A stretch of DNA of 64,000 bases from Nemertoderma westbladi (taxonomy: Eukaryota; Animalia; Xenacoelomorpha), in assembly GCA_032718475.1 (NCBI GenBank), contig JAUCBJ010005498.1, forward strand, positions 1 through 64,000. The letters run 5' to 3'. Both the position numbers and the translations under genes were made by a program. Every line of letters begins with the position of its first letter. The stretch's first letter is position 1. The notes beneath the pieces were generated by a model, which worked only from the letters and a program-made list of their open reading frames with translations, searched no databases and had not been told where the DNA came from. Below are positions 1 through 13,617 of this stretch, piece after piece.

Positions 1-487
1 CATAAAGGCCTGTAAAAGGCCATTAAAAAGGATATGGCCCCTACAAAACAATGCCCCCTGTCATAAAGGCCTGTTTACACGTGGCAACTTTTAGAGCAAC
101 TTTCTCGGCAACTAGCAACGTGTTTGGAGCAATTTAATTTAATCGCTGTTTAATGTTTACACGTGGCAACTTTACCAGCAACTTCACCAGCAACTTGGCC
201 GGAAACTTTTATAGCAACTTGGCTATTTTGACTGTAAAATAGTGGGTACTGGTTCAGTATGCATACACCCCTCACCAAATTAAATATTTACTAGCTAGTT
301 TTTGATAATTTCTTTTTTTTGAAATTTAGCCATTTTATTTTGAAAAAAATTAATATTCTAGAACAAATATTTTCTTTAGACAAAGGCCTGGTTAGTATTT
401 AAAAAGAACGGGATGGATATAATACGTATATATAATGAATAAAATAACCTTTTAGGCCGCGTTCACACTACCGAGTCAAAGTCAAAG

Positions 488-1940
488 TTAACCCTATTAA
501 ACTTGGGGTGGAGGGGGCCAATATGACCCCCCCCCCCCCGTGGTTTTTTTATTGTAATTCTGAAACAAATGCAGTTGGGAATCTGAAATTTTATGAATTT
601 TCCTAAAAATCTATTGTATTCCTAGTAGTGAAAACCGTTTTCAAAAATATTGGGTAGTTTTCGAGTTATAGCACCATTTTTTAACCCTACTTTTGGCACT
701 TTTTTTGAAACGTTTTTTGAAAATTACATTTCATTAAATATGAATTGTAACATCTCTATTTTTTATTTACACCGGTTTTTTGGTCTTAGCAATTGGATGG
801 AATTCATATAAATTGATTTAGAAATTTTAAACTTGTTTTTTTCGGCGGTTGCCAAATTTTGGTGCCAGCACCAAATTATGAAATATGTCAATTTTGTAAA
901 TTGATTGTTTGAAACTTGTTTTTTACGCAATTGGGGTTTTTTGGGGTTCTGGTTTCGATGAAATATATACGAGTTGCACCAAGCGTATCAAATTTGTATT
1001 TTTCGGTGCTTTGTGCAAATTTTGGTGCTAGCACGAAATTTTGAAAATCCATTCAATAGATAAAATTGCTTGTGACAATTTATTTCTTGCATTTTAGAGG
1101 TTTATGGCTGTTCTGAATTCAATGGAATATATTATTATCGAACTAGACATCTCAAACTTGAATTTTTCGGAAGTGGATGCAAAATGTTTTGAAAACCATC
1201 AAATATATCAATTGATTGTGCCATCTTGTTTCTTGCGTTATACGGGTTTGTTAGGGTTCTGAATTCAATGGAAACAGTAAAAATTTCATAAGAGTTTTCT
1301 AACTTGTATTTTTCGCCGGTGGGTGAAAATTGTTGTGCCAGCACCAAATTTTGGAAAATGAGTAAATTGATCAGTAGATAGTATCATCTTGTTTCTTGCG
1401 TTATACGGGTTTATGAGGGTCCTGAATCCGATGAAATCAATAAAAACAGCACTGGACATCGCAAACTTGTACTTTTTGGTGATGGGTACGAAATTTGGTG
1501 CTAGCACCAAAATTTGTCAAATTACGCCGAAAAATACAAGTAGCAATGATCTGGCATATTTGAAATGTATTCCATTAGAATCAGCGCCCTAGAAAACCTG
1601 AAAATGTGAATTTATAGCATCATATAAGTGAATTAAAAATTTTGTGTTCTAACTGAAAAGTGCTGGTTACTTGTTTTTTCATTTTTTTCCTACGCAGAGA
1701 GGACTAAACAGCCATTTATGGTAATCATATCATTTTTAAATATTTTCCAATGTATTTTGCGCCCCAGAAAACCTATTTTGAAAAACAATTAGCCGAAAAA
1801 TGTAACTTTCAAATTTTTTGAAAATTGTGCACTACTTGTAATTTTGGTGCTGCAATATTACCACCCCAGTAAATTCAGACGTTTTCGTTAATATTTGTAG
1901 ATTTTAGAGGGAGGGGTCAATATGACCCCCCCCCCCCCCT
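488..1940. mobile_element. Probable non-autonomous DNA transposon fragment (piggyBac-like TTAA-CCC left end)
   Basis: Starts TTAACCCTATT. The motif GGAGGGG(G)YCAATATGACCCCCCCCC occurs at ~511 and ~1910. The quasi-palindrome TTGGTGCYAGCACCAAA recurs at ~859, ~1022, ~1333 and ~1495. No right end seen. Confidence 0.4.
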
Positions 1941-1974
1941 GACTTATCTTTCATATTATCTTTATATATTATCA

Positions 1975-2548
1975 TATTATCTTTCAGTATTTACTGAATT
2001 ATCTTTCAGTATTTACTGAATTATCTTTTTAGTATTTACTGAATTATCTTTCAGTATTTACTGAATTATCTTTCAGTATGTACTGAATTATCTTTCAGTA
2101 TTTACTGAATTATCTTTCAGTATGTACTGAATTATCTTTCAGTATTTACTGAATTATCTTTCAGTATTTACTGAATTATCTTTCAGTATTTACTGATTCA
2201 GTAAATACTGAAAAAGATAATTCAGTAAATACTGAAAGATAATTCAGTAAATACTGAAAGATAATTCAGTAAATACTGAAAGATAATTCAGTACATACTG
2301 AAAGATAATTCAGTAAATACTGAAAAGATAATTCAGTAAATACTGAAAGATAATTCAGTAAATACTGAAAGATAATTCAGTAAATACTGAAAGATAATCA
2401 CTGAAAGATAAATACGTTACTGAAAGATAATTAAGTATTACTGAAAGATAATTCAGTAAATACTGAAAGATAATTCAGTAAATACTAAAAGATAATTCAG
2501 TAAATACTGAAAGATAATTCAGTAAATACTGAAAGATAATTCAGTAAA
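1975..2548. repeat. 22-bp tandem array (TTATCTTTCAGTATTTACTGAA) that flips orientation at ~2197
   Basis: About 10 units forward, then about 16 units of the reverse complement (TTCAGTAAATACTGAAAGATAA). Confidence 0.9.
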
Positions 2549-2892
2549 TTTTGTTGTATGCGTTATTGTAGATATATATATTTTTTAAAATATCTGCAAA
2601 GGCATTTTTGGCTGTAGAATTAAATTGATAATAAATACTATTGTTTACCGCCAGGGGTGCAAGTTAAATTCATAAGAACTAAAGGCAATTTCCTTGTAAT
2701 TGTTTATTTTGGGCCAGTATGCCTAGATTGGGCCATTTTGTTCTAGGTGGGCCATATTTGCCCTAAGAGGACGTGTACCTTTTGGGCCATCGTAGTAGGA
2801 TTAGGGCCATTGCTCCAAGCCCAAGGCCATTTAAGGGCCATTGGACCTTTAAAAGGTGGCCCTAATAGTGGGAAAGCTTATATATATATATA

Positions 2893-3145
2893 TATAATAA
2901 TATATTAAGAATTCAAAAAGTGACAACTTATATGATCAATCAGTAAAAATTTATTTTTTTATTATTAGCTTTCGATAGCTCTCTCTATCTTTTTCAAATA
3001 AATTTTTAATTTAATTTTAATTTAATAATTTTTTTTTCATTTGAAAAAGATAGAGAGAGCTATCGAAAGCTAATAATAAAAAAATAAATTTTTAGTGATT
3101 GATCATATAAGTTGTCACTTTTTGAATTCTTAATATATTATTATA
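2893..3145. repeat. Long inverted repeat (~107-bp arms, ~39-bp spacer) between (TA)n tracts; possible Penelope-like element end
   Basis: Arms 2893-2999 and 3039-3145 are reverse complements with one visible mismatch. Confidence 0.85.
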
Positions 3146-3998
3146 CTAAAACAACTTGATCTCACACCCTACAGTCATATTCCCTAACTTTCTTTACTTA
3201 ATTTAAACTTATATATATAATATATATATATTATATATTTATATGACAGGTAGTCTACGTTGTATTATAATATGAAATCTCTCATAATGAACTGAAATCC
3301 ACCTTAAATAAATTAGTCACGGACAACTGTTTTCAGAATGAATTATAAAACACAAATAAGTTTCGGCATTGTTTGTTCTTTATATATGATATTCTTTCAC
3401 CCTTTTGGGTTTTATTTATAAGGGAGAATGAATGAAGTTTACAAAGGAAGCGGTAATTGGTTATTAGCATGCCAAACCTGGCTTATGTGTAGCTTTATGA
3501 ATTTCAATTAACTTAATATCTTTTTTCCTTTACATGCGGTTATAGTTTTATATCATGCTACTATACACTAGTGGTTTAATATTCACTGCTGTGTTATACA
3601 AGGTGCTTTGCATACTGCATACTATATAAACATTAATTAATCATCGTATCGTAAAGCGATATCCTTGAGTACAGAGGGTTCATCATTCTACGGCATCTGG
3701 AATGAAACCCTTGGAACCTAAATGTTTTGTCATAAATCTATGTGCAGCATATCATTCGGAAACCCGGCTCTTCAATTCTAACACTTGAAGCTAGCCCACC
3801 ACTACTGATATCGCTGGGATGATCAGCCTGTACACGACATCGTGCTATGACACCATCCTGACACCATCCATCCATGGTTTGATTGTCAGCTATTAATTGT
3901 ATTTTTCTACCACTAAATCGCATGGACATTGGATTTGAGAATATCGACAAATTTGTATATATAGTAGTACTACAGGCGGGTTCATGGAGGTAGGGTCC

Positions 3999-6111
<2,113 letters not shown>

Positions 6112-6494
6112 ATCTGAAATTATACATAAGTTCGAGAACAGTTGATGGTCTAGGGAGGGACAGAGCCCCAGCGCGCGGGGGGTAGTGGGACTAGAAAGTA
6201 AACTAGAAGAATGTGAGTGATAGGAACTGATTGTATATCGGTATGTGTTTCTTTATTGGAATAAAAAATTTACATATTTGACATTTGTTTACGATGAGAG
6301 AATAATAAGCAGACATATGTCTGAGAGGACATAGATCTCTTCAAGCTATGCCTGTGGGATTATTTCACTGTTAAAGTAGATATCTACAGTACTACGTAAA
6401 AACTTTCTAAATCCGACGTATTTTGCCTTGATTTGTAGTAGTTGTAATATGCCTATTTCCTACCGTAGTTATAATTTCACTGGGGTTTCCATTG

Positions 6495-6565
6495 GCGCAG
6501 TGGTCGAGTAGGTTAAGGCGCGGGTTACATTCTAAGTAGGTCAGGGGTTCGAATCTGGGTCGGTA
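6495..6565 (+). other. tRNA-derived (SINE-head-like) segment with Pol III A and B boxes
   Basis: TGGTCGAGTAGG (A-box-like) and GGTTCGAATC (B box) at tRNA-like spacing; acceptor stem does not pair. Confidence 0.5.
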
Positions 6566-6964
6566 AATTTGTATTTTTGGCTATTATATTTTCGATTTCA
6601 TTAAATTGGATACGCCAATGGGGTGCGTACAACATGTGGAACGATGGGTTGGGCCAATCATAGGGCACTTGACAATTTATTGCTCCAATGTGCGTGCATA
6701 GAATGTTCTAGTTGATTCCATGCTTAGGATTTGCTATATAAGGGGTGGTTTGCCCTTCGGTTATCACTTATCACACACCTTGTAAAAACTTATTCTAACT
6801 ACTAATCATCTTGGTTACTTAGCTTATTAGTTATTACCCTTAACTTAATTTACTATCTTTAGTTTAATCCCCCTTTGTTATTTTGTAAAGTTAAGTTGAT
6901 AAGTCTTTGTCATTTTATGTTAAATATACTGCAAACTCTCAGCCATGTAGTTTTAACATATCTA

Positions 6965-7290
6965 TCCTGAGACAGCCAAACGCTTCAGAGAATGGCTGCC
7001 TAGACCGTTAGGCTTCAGCAACGCAAGGGAAAAGATGTCCACGACGCATTAGAGAGCCCACATTATCTTCGCCCACGCCCATTCAAGAGTATGCCTCACT
7101 GCCAGAAAGCGCCCACGTCAGTGGAAGGTAAGACTTTGTTCGACGCCCTTGCCCGCCGTAAGACCTTAGATCAGGGTGAAGTGTGATGCCATCCTGGGAC
7201 GCCGTAAAATGTAGGATTTAATATCTCAGATTCAGACAGGAAAAACCCCGGTCAACCTGTATCTTCTACAGGTGTGAGCTGTTGCTGTTC
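6965..7290 (+). repeat. Dispersed repeat homologous to 63120-63392
   Basis: Shared collinear blocks GAATGGCTGCCTAGACC, AAGGTAAGA, GTTCGACGC, GTAAGACCTTAGATCAGGGTGAA and TACAGGTGTG. Confidence 0.75.
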
Positions 7291-7849
7291 GTCAGTACGC
7301 GCAAGTACACTTAGGTGCGAATATCACGCTCTATAATTTGGTGATTTGCAGTACTGACAGTACAGTACCGGTTAGCTTTGTAGACCTTATAGTTTGGCTG
7401 ACCTGTCTGATTCCAAAGTATTTGATCAGGCAAGAGGCAGCTTTCTGCTACCGGCACACGTTTGGCTTAGGGAGGTTTACTAACATCCTACCGCGCCCTT
7501 GCCTCGTACTGATAGGTATTTACTGCTGACCAACGCAGTAACAAAGTTCTAGAATCGAATATATATACCAGATCAGCTATACATTACGGTAGTAAATTAA
7601 CACCTATTTCCTTATCTCATAATCAGAATCTCGTATTTGTGCCGATCACGGGTGTAGTTACTAACACCGTAACTGCCCGGTTGAGTTGTGAATGAAGGAG
7701 GAGAGAGCCCTTTTGAAGTCAGTTTGTAAGTATTGCGCCTACAGCGTGCGACTAGCTTATTTGAGTAGCTAGCACACAGTATTGTTATTTTGATTAAAAT
7801 CACCAAAACCTAGTATAACAGCGATACACCAAAATTGTTTTATTCGTAA

Positions 7850-7870
7850 CACACACACACACACACACAC
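7850..7870. repeat. (CA)n microsatellite
   Basis: Directly visible. Confidence 0.9.
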
Positions 7871-8859
7871 GCATCTTGAAATCTACTAGCTACTGATTAC
7901 AGTAAGAAATATTCTATTATTTGAGGAGATATTTGGTATTTGTTTTACTCAGGCAGGGAGGCCCCCTTTTGACTGCTATTTTCCTGTCGGCAATATTGTT
8001 TTACGCTAGTGTCGTTGACCCGCTAGCTCGTATATACCCCATATAAATCACACCGCGGTAAGTTTACAGTATTTAGGTCCATTAGCGATAGTTAGGATTC
8101 GCTACGCGGGGATTGTTTTCCTGTGAGTTTGGTCTGTATCTGTAGACTGTACATCTGCCTCACCGGTTAGAGGCCGGCCATCCTGTTCGTCTAGTTAGCC
8201 CGGGCATTTGATTAGCCCACGTATTGGAATAGACATCAGGCTCCATTCCTCGCCAATAGTAGTTTGTGTACTTAGTATCTGTTTATTTAGACACCCTGGA
8301 CTGGGATTTCTTGTCAGATACTGTACGAGCCCTGTGACGGGATCCGAAAATCCCGGTTTATCCGGTGTCTAATCTATGCATCCCCGCCGTGTGTATGTGA
8401 AAAGAGTTCTGGGTTGTTGAATAACTCTGACTATTGTTGATATATATATAGATGGAATATAAGCAAAAGTGAATAAAGGTACCGGTATAATGGCTGAATA
8501 TTGATGTACAGACGGAGATGGTGATTAGAGTTCCGGTACTGCCCTAACTAACTGACTTACTAAAGTGAATAAATGATACAATGAATGGTAGTATATATTG
8601 CACTGGTTGGCCGTATTACGTTACTCAGTGGATGCCTTCCCCCCCATTGGCTAATAACTCATTTCTCACCCTCCCATCTCTCTGGGAGTGTTTCCCCCTG
8701 CTGCTATCACTCTCTCCCTCCCGGAGGTGTAACCTCTGACCCCCGCTGTGTGTGTGTCCCTTTGGCGTTTGTCGCCCCGCTTATTGGGGTGATACAAGGT
8801 TGATTTGGTAATCAACCTTGTACTCCCAATATTGCTTAAAGCCAACTTTGTGGGGTGGT

Positions 8860-10183
8860 TAAACTCACGGAGAGAGTAGTTGCAAGACAGTTAATGCATC
8901 ATTTAACTATAAACTCACTACATGAACCTTTTCAGAGTGCCTATTGTAGCGCACAAAGTGTTGAGACCGCCTTATTGCGTACGACGTTTTACGATGCATT
9001 GATGATGGTGAGTGTTATTTTGATAATGCTAGATCTATCCACTGCTTTCGATCTGATCAATCACGATATATTGCTTTCCACTCTAAAGAGCGATTTTGGT
9101 ATCTACGGCCAGACTCTAAATTGGTTCAAATCTTATTTGTCAGATCAGACACAGAATGTTCAGATAGGCTCAGCACAATCTGCTTCCAGAACAGTTCGGT
9201 ACTTGGACCCTTGTTTTTCACACTGTATACTCGGTCACTATTTAGCGTTATTGCAAAATATGGTCTGGGGTATCATTTGTATGCCGACGATACACAAATA
9301 TATATTTTGTTCAAGCGTGAAAACTTGTCCAATGCGATACTGTTAAGTGAAAAATGTATAATTGAAGTAAAGCAATGACTAGACACAATGAGCAGACTAG
9401 ACACTGGATGAAGATGAACCCTGACAAAACAGAATTCATAGTATGTCAGTCAAAGTTCTCCCAACTAGTGCCAACTCAAAGTTTGCATATTGAAAATAAC
9501 CAGGTGTTTAATATTATATATATAATAATATATTGGCTTTGTTGTCGATCAACATATGATGTTTGATAAACAAATCTCTAATGTGGTTCGTAGTTGCTTA
9601 CTTGCTTTCATCAACTGAGAAACTTGTCGCGCATACAGTTATACCTACCTAAAAACCATCTTAAAACAGTAATTCACGCATTGATATCATCTAGATTGGA
9701 CTCCAATAATGCTCTTTACTTCGGATTATCCAATAAGTCCATAAAGCGATTACAACACGTCCAAAACTGTGCTGCGCGGTTACTACGTAAAATCGGTAAA
9801 CGCCGAGCATTCTCTATTGCGGGCCCACTAGTCTGGAATGCACTCCCGAGTGAATTGTGGCACATTAACTCATTAACACTATTTAAATCGCGTCTTAAGA
9901 CACACCACTTCATTGAAGAATACCAATCGTGAAAGGGATGCTACATTTTCGAATTTATAATTGTAATTACCTATCTCCTGCTGCGTGTTTTTAAAGTTTT
10001 TTAAATCAAATATTTATTTTAACTGAACTCACCTTAGCAGATCGCTAAATTATTTAATCTTTGGATTATTTTAAAAACTGGTACCTGGACTCATTTTTAA
10101 AAATAAAAGCGCTTAGAGCTTAAATGTTTGATTTTGGTATTAGCGCTATATAAATAAAGATATATATTATTATTATTATTATT
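8860..10183 (+). mobile_element. 5'-truncated, frameshifted L2/CR1-group LINE
   Basis: RT motifs [35 protein letters not shown]; C-terminal SRLD..N and RAFSIAGPLVWNALP; (TAT)n tail at ~10166-10183. Confidence 0.9.
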
Positions 10184-10359
10184 GTAGTATTATAGTTAAA
10201 CCTATGTTAATGTTCCACTGTAATGCTAACAGCACAGATAGCGCAATGGCGTTACGGCTACTCTATTGTAAGTATAATAATAAGTAATTACGCATTAGTT
10301 GTAATAAGTATTACATCGGCACAGGACTTTGTATTGTACTACTACTATGTAGGGCGAGC

Positions 10360-10695
10360 GAGATCGGACAGACAGTTGAAATGAGACCCTTCCAGGCTTC
10401 CCGATTCTCCTTAGTTGTCGCAATTTCGTTTCTCCCAAGTTCAGCATCCCTTTCAAGTTGATCTATATATGTTATGGCCGTTCGTCCACGGGTACGCTTT
10501 CCATGAGTTGGTTGCCAGAAAAGTAGATCTGATATGACCTCGTCTTTACTTCTCCAACAGTGCCCACTGAATCTTAATCTGCGTTGACGGAGGGTGGTTG
10601 ATACAGGTGGTATAGTACCATAAAGCTCGGCGTTTGTCATGTGTTGTCTCCAGCTGATGTTTAGGGCTGCATTTACTAGTCCTGTGTACCAACCA
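10360..10695 (-). mobile_element. RTE-like LINE 3' fragment
   Basis: TNAELY...RRLRFSGHCWR...WQP.HG.R.RGR; related to the peptide at 25647-26144. Confidence 0.8.
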
Positions 10696-10777
10696 TGGTT
10701 CAGGTTGGTTCAGGTGATTTTAGTTCGTTTTTCAATGCCTGTGTACACTAATGTAATCAACTGCTAGGTTTAGTTTT

Positions 10778-13355
10778 TTCAGCTGATATAGTTTTTAACT
10801 TTATTCAGCTGATATAGTTTGTAAGTTTATTCAACTGATATAGTTTGTAAGTTTATTCAGCTGAAATAGTTTGTAAGTTTATTCAGCAGATATAGTTTGT
10901 AAGTTTATTCAGCTGATATAGTTTGTAAGTTTATTCAGCTGATATAGTTTGTAAGTTTATTCAGCTGATATAAGTTTATTCAGCTGATATAAGTTTATTC
11001 GGCTGATATAGTTTGTAAGTTTATTCAGCTGATATAAGTTTATTCAGCTGATATAGTTTGTAAGTTTATTCAGATGATATAAGTTTATTCAGCTGATATA
11101 GTTTGTAAGTATATTCAGCTGATATAAGTTTATTCAGCTGATATAGTTTGTAAGTTTATTCAGCTGATATGGTTTGTAAGTTTATTAAGCTGATATAGTT
11201 TGTAAGTTTATTCAGCTGATATGGTTTGTAAGTTTATTAAGCTGATATAGTTTGTAAGTTATTCAGCTGATATAGTTTGTAAGTTTATTCAGCTGATATA
11301 GTATGTAAATTTATTCAGCTGTTTTATAGTTTGTAAATTTATTCAGCTGATATAGTTTGTAAGTTTATTCAGCTGATATAGTTTGTAAGTTTATTCAGCT
11401 GATATAGTTTGTAAGTTTATTCAGCTGATATAGTTTGTAAGTTTATTCAGCTGATATACTTTGTAAGTTTATTCAGCTGATATAGTTTGTAAGTTTATTC
11501 AGCTGATATAGTTTGTAAGTTTATTCAGCTGATATAGTTTGTAAGTTTATTCAGCTGAAATAGTTTGTAAGTTTATTCAGCTGAAAATAGTTTGTAAGTT
11601 TATTCAGCTGAAATAGTTTGTAAGTTTATTCAGCTGATATAGTTTGTAAGTTTATTCAGCTGATATAGTTTGTAAGTTTATTCAGCTGATATAGTTTGTA
11701 AAGTTTATTCAGCTGATATAGTTTGTAAGTTTATTCAGCTGATATAGTTTGTAAGTTTATTCAGCTGATATAGTTTGTAAGTTTATTCAGCTGATATAGT
11801 TTGTAAGTTTATTCAGCTGAAATAGTTTGTAAGTTTATTCAGCTGATATAGTTTGTAAGTTTATTCAGCTGATATAGTTTGTACGTTTATTCAGCTGATA
11901 TAGTTTGTAAGTTTATTCAGCTGATATAGTTTGTACGTTTATTCAGCTGATATAGTTTGTAAGTTTATTCAGCTGATATAGTTTGTAAGTTTATTCAGCT
12001 GATATAGTTTGTAAGTTTATTCAGCTGATATAGTTTGTAAGTTTATTCAGCTGGTATAGTTTGTAAGTTTATTCAGCTGTTATAGTTTGTAAGTTTATTC
12101 AACTGATATAGTTTGTAAGTTTATTCAGCTGATATAGTTTGTAAGTTTATTCAGCTGATATAGTTTGTAAGTTTATTCAGCTGATATAGTTTGTAAGTTT
12201 ATTCAGCTGAAATAGTTTGTAAGTTTATTCAGCTGATATAGTTTGTAAGTTTATTCAGCTGAAATAGTTTGTAAGTTTATTCAGCTGATATAGTTTGTAA
12301 GTTTATTCAGCTGATATAGTTTGTAAGTTTATTCAGCTGATATAGTTTGTAAGTTTATTCAGCTGATATAGTTTGTAAGTTTATTCAGCTGATATAGTTT
12401 GTAAGTTTATTCAGCTGATATAGTTTGTAAGTTTATTCAGCTGAAATAGTTTGTAAGTTTATTCAGCTGATATAGTTTGTAAGTTTATTCAGCTGATATA
12501 GTTTGTAAGTTTATTCAGCTGATATAGTTTGTAAGTTTATTCAGCTGATATAGTTTGTAAGTTTATTCAGCTGATATAGTTTGTAAGTTTATTCAGCTGA
12601 TATAGTTTGTAAGTTTATTCAGCTGATATAGTTTGTAAGTTTATTCAGCTGAAATAGTTTGTAAGTTTATTCAGCTGATATAGTTTGTAAGTTTATTCAG
12701 CTGATATAGTTTGTAAGTTTATTCAGCTGATATAGTTTGTAAGTTTATTCAGCTGATATAGTTTGTAAGTTTATTCAGCTGATATAGTTTGTAAGTTTAT
12801 TCAGCTGATATAGTTTGTAAGTTTATTCAGCTGATATAGTTTGTAAGTTTATTAAGCTGATATAGTTTGTAAGTTTATTCAGCTGAAATAGTTTGTAAGT
12901 TTATTCAGCTGATATAGTTTGTAAGTTTATTCAGCTGATATAGTTTGTAAGTTTATTCAGCTGATATAGTTTGTAAGTTTATTCAGCTGATATAGTTTGT
13001 AAGTTTATTCAGCTGATATAGTTTGTAAGTTTATTCAGCTGATATAGTTTGTAAGTTTATTCAGCTGATATAGTTTGTAAGTTTATTCAGCTGATATAGT
13101 TTGTAAGTTTATTCAACTGATATAGTTTGTAAGTTTACTCAGTTGATATAGTTTGTAAGTTTATTCAGCTGATATAGTTTGTAAGTTTATTCAGTTGATA
13201 TAGTTTGTAAGTTTATTCAGCTGATATAGTTTGTAAGTTTATTCAGCTGATATAGTTTGTAAGTTTATTCAGTTAATATAGTTTGTAAGTTTATTCAGCT
13301 GAAATAGTTTGTAAGTTTATTCAGAGCTGATATAGTTTGTAAGTTTATTCAGCTG
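10778..13355 (-). repeat. 26-bp tandem array (~99 units; sense strand CAGCTGAATAAACTTACAAACTATAT) starting within the last codons of the gene
   Basis: First unit overlaps GCT GAA TAA of exon 8; the unit contains AATAAA. Confidence 0.95.
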
Positions 13356-13617
13356 CCCCTTCAGTATCGCCTTCAACAGTTAGGAATATAATAATAGTTC
13401 CCACGACGAACGTGGTTGTGTACAATGCGAGACATATCCTATCGATTGTTAGTCCGACGTAACGCCAGTCTTCGTTAACCCTTTGGTACTCGTCCTCTGT
13501 TAACAGAAACTGGGTTATGTAGTTGAGGGCTGACATCGCTTGTTTAACGTCATTTCTTTGTCCCACCTTCTCTACTAGTGTCCCCAGTATCGGCTCATCT
13601 TCATCGATGTGTAACAC
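13345..13617 (-). CDS. Exon 8 (MA helix, M4, stop)
   Basis: CAG|GTG acceptor; [16 protein letters not shown]4; ends GAAE-TAA. Confidence 0.92.
   Translation of the reverse strand: MLHIDEDEPILGTLVEKVGQRNDVKQAMSALNYITQFLLTEDEYQRVNEDWRYVGLTIDRICLALYTTTFVVGTIIIFLTVEGDTEGAAE

Noticed and set aside
6495-6565. Functional tRNA gene
   Set aside because: A and B boxes are present but acceptor and anticodon stems do not pair convincingly.
8416-8797. Possible solo LTR (TG...CA)
   Set aside because: No matching TSD or second copy in the window.
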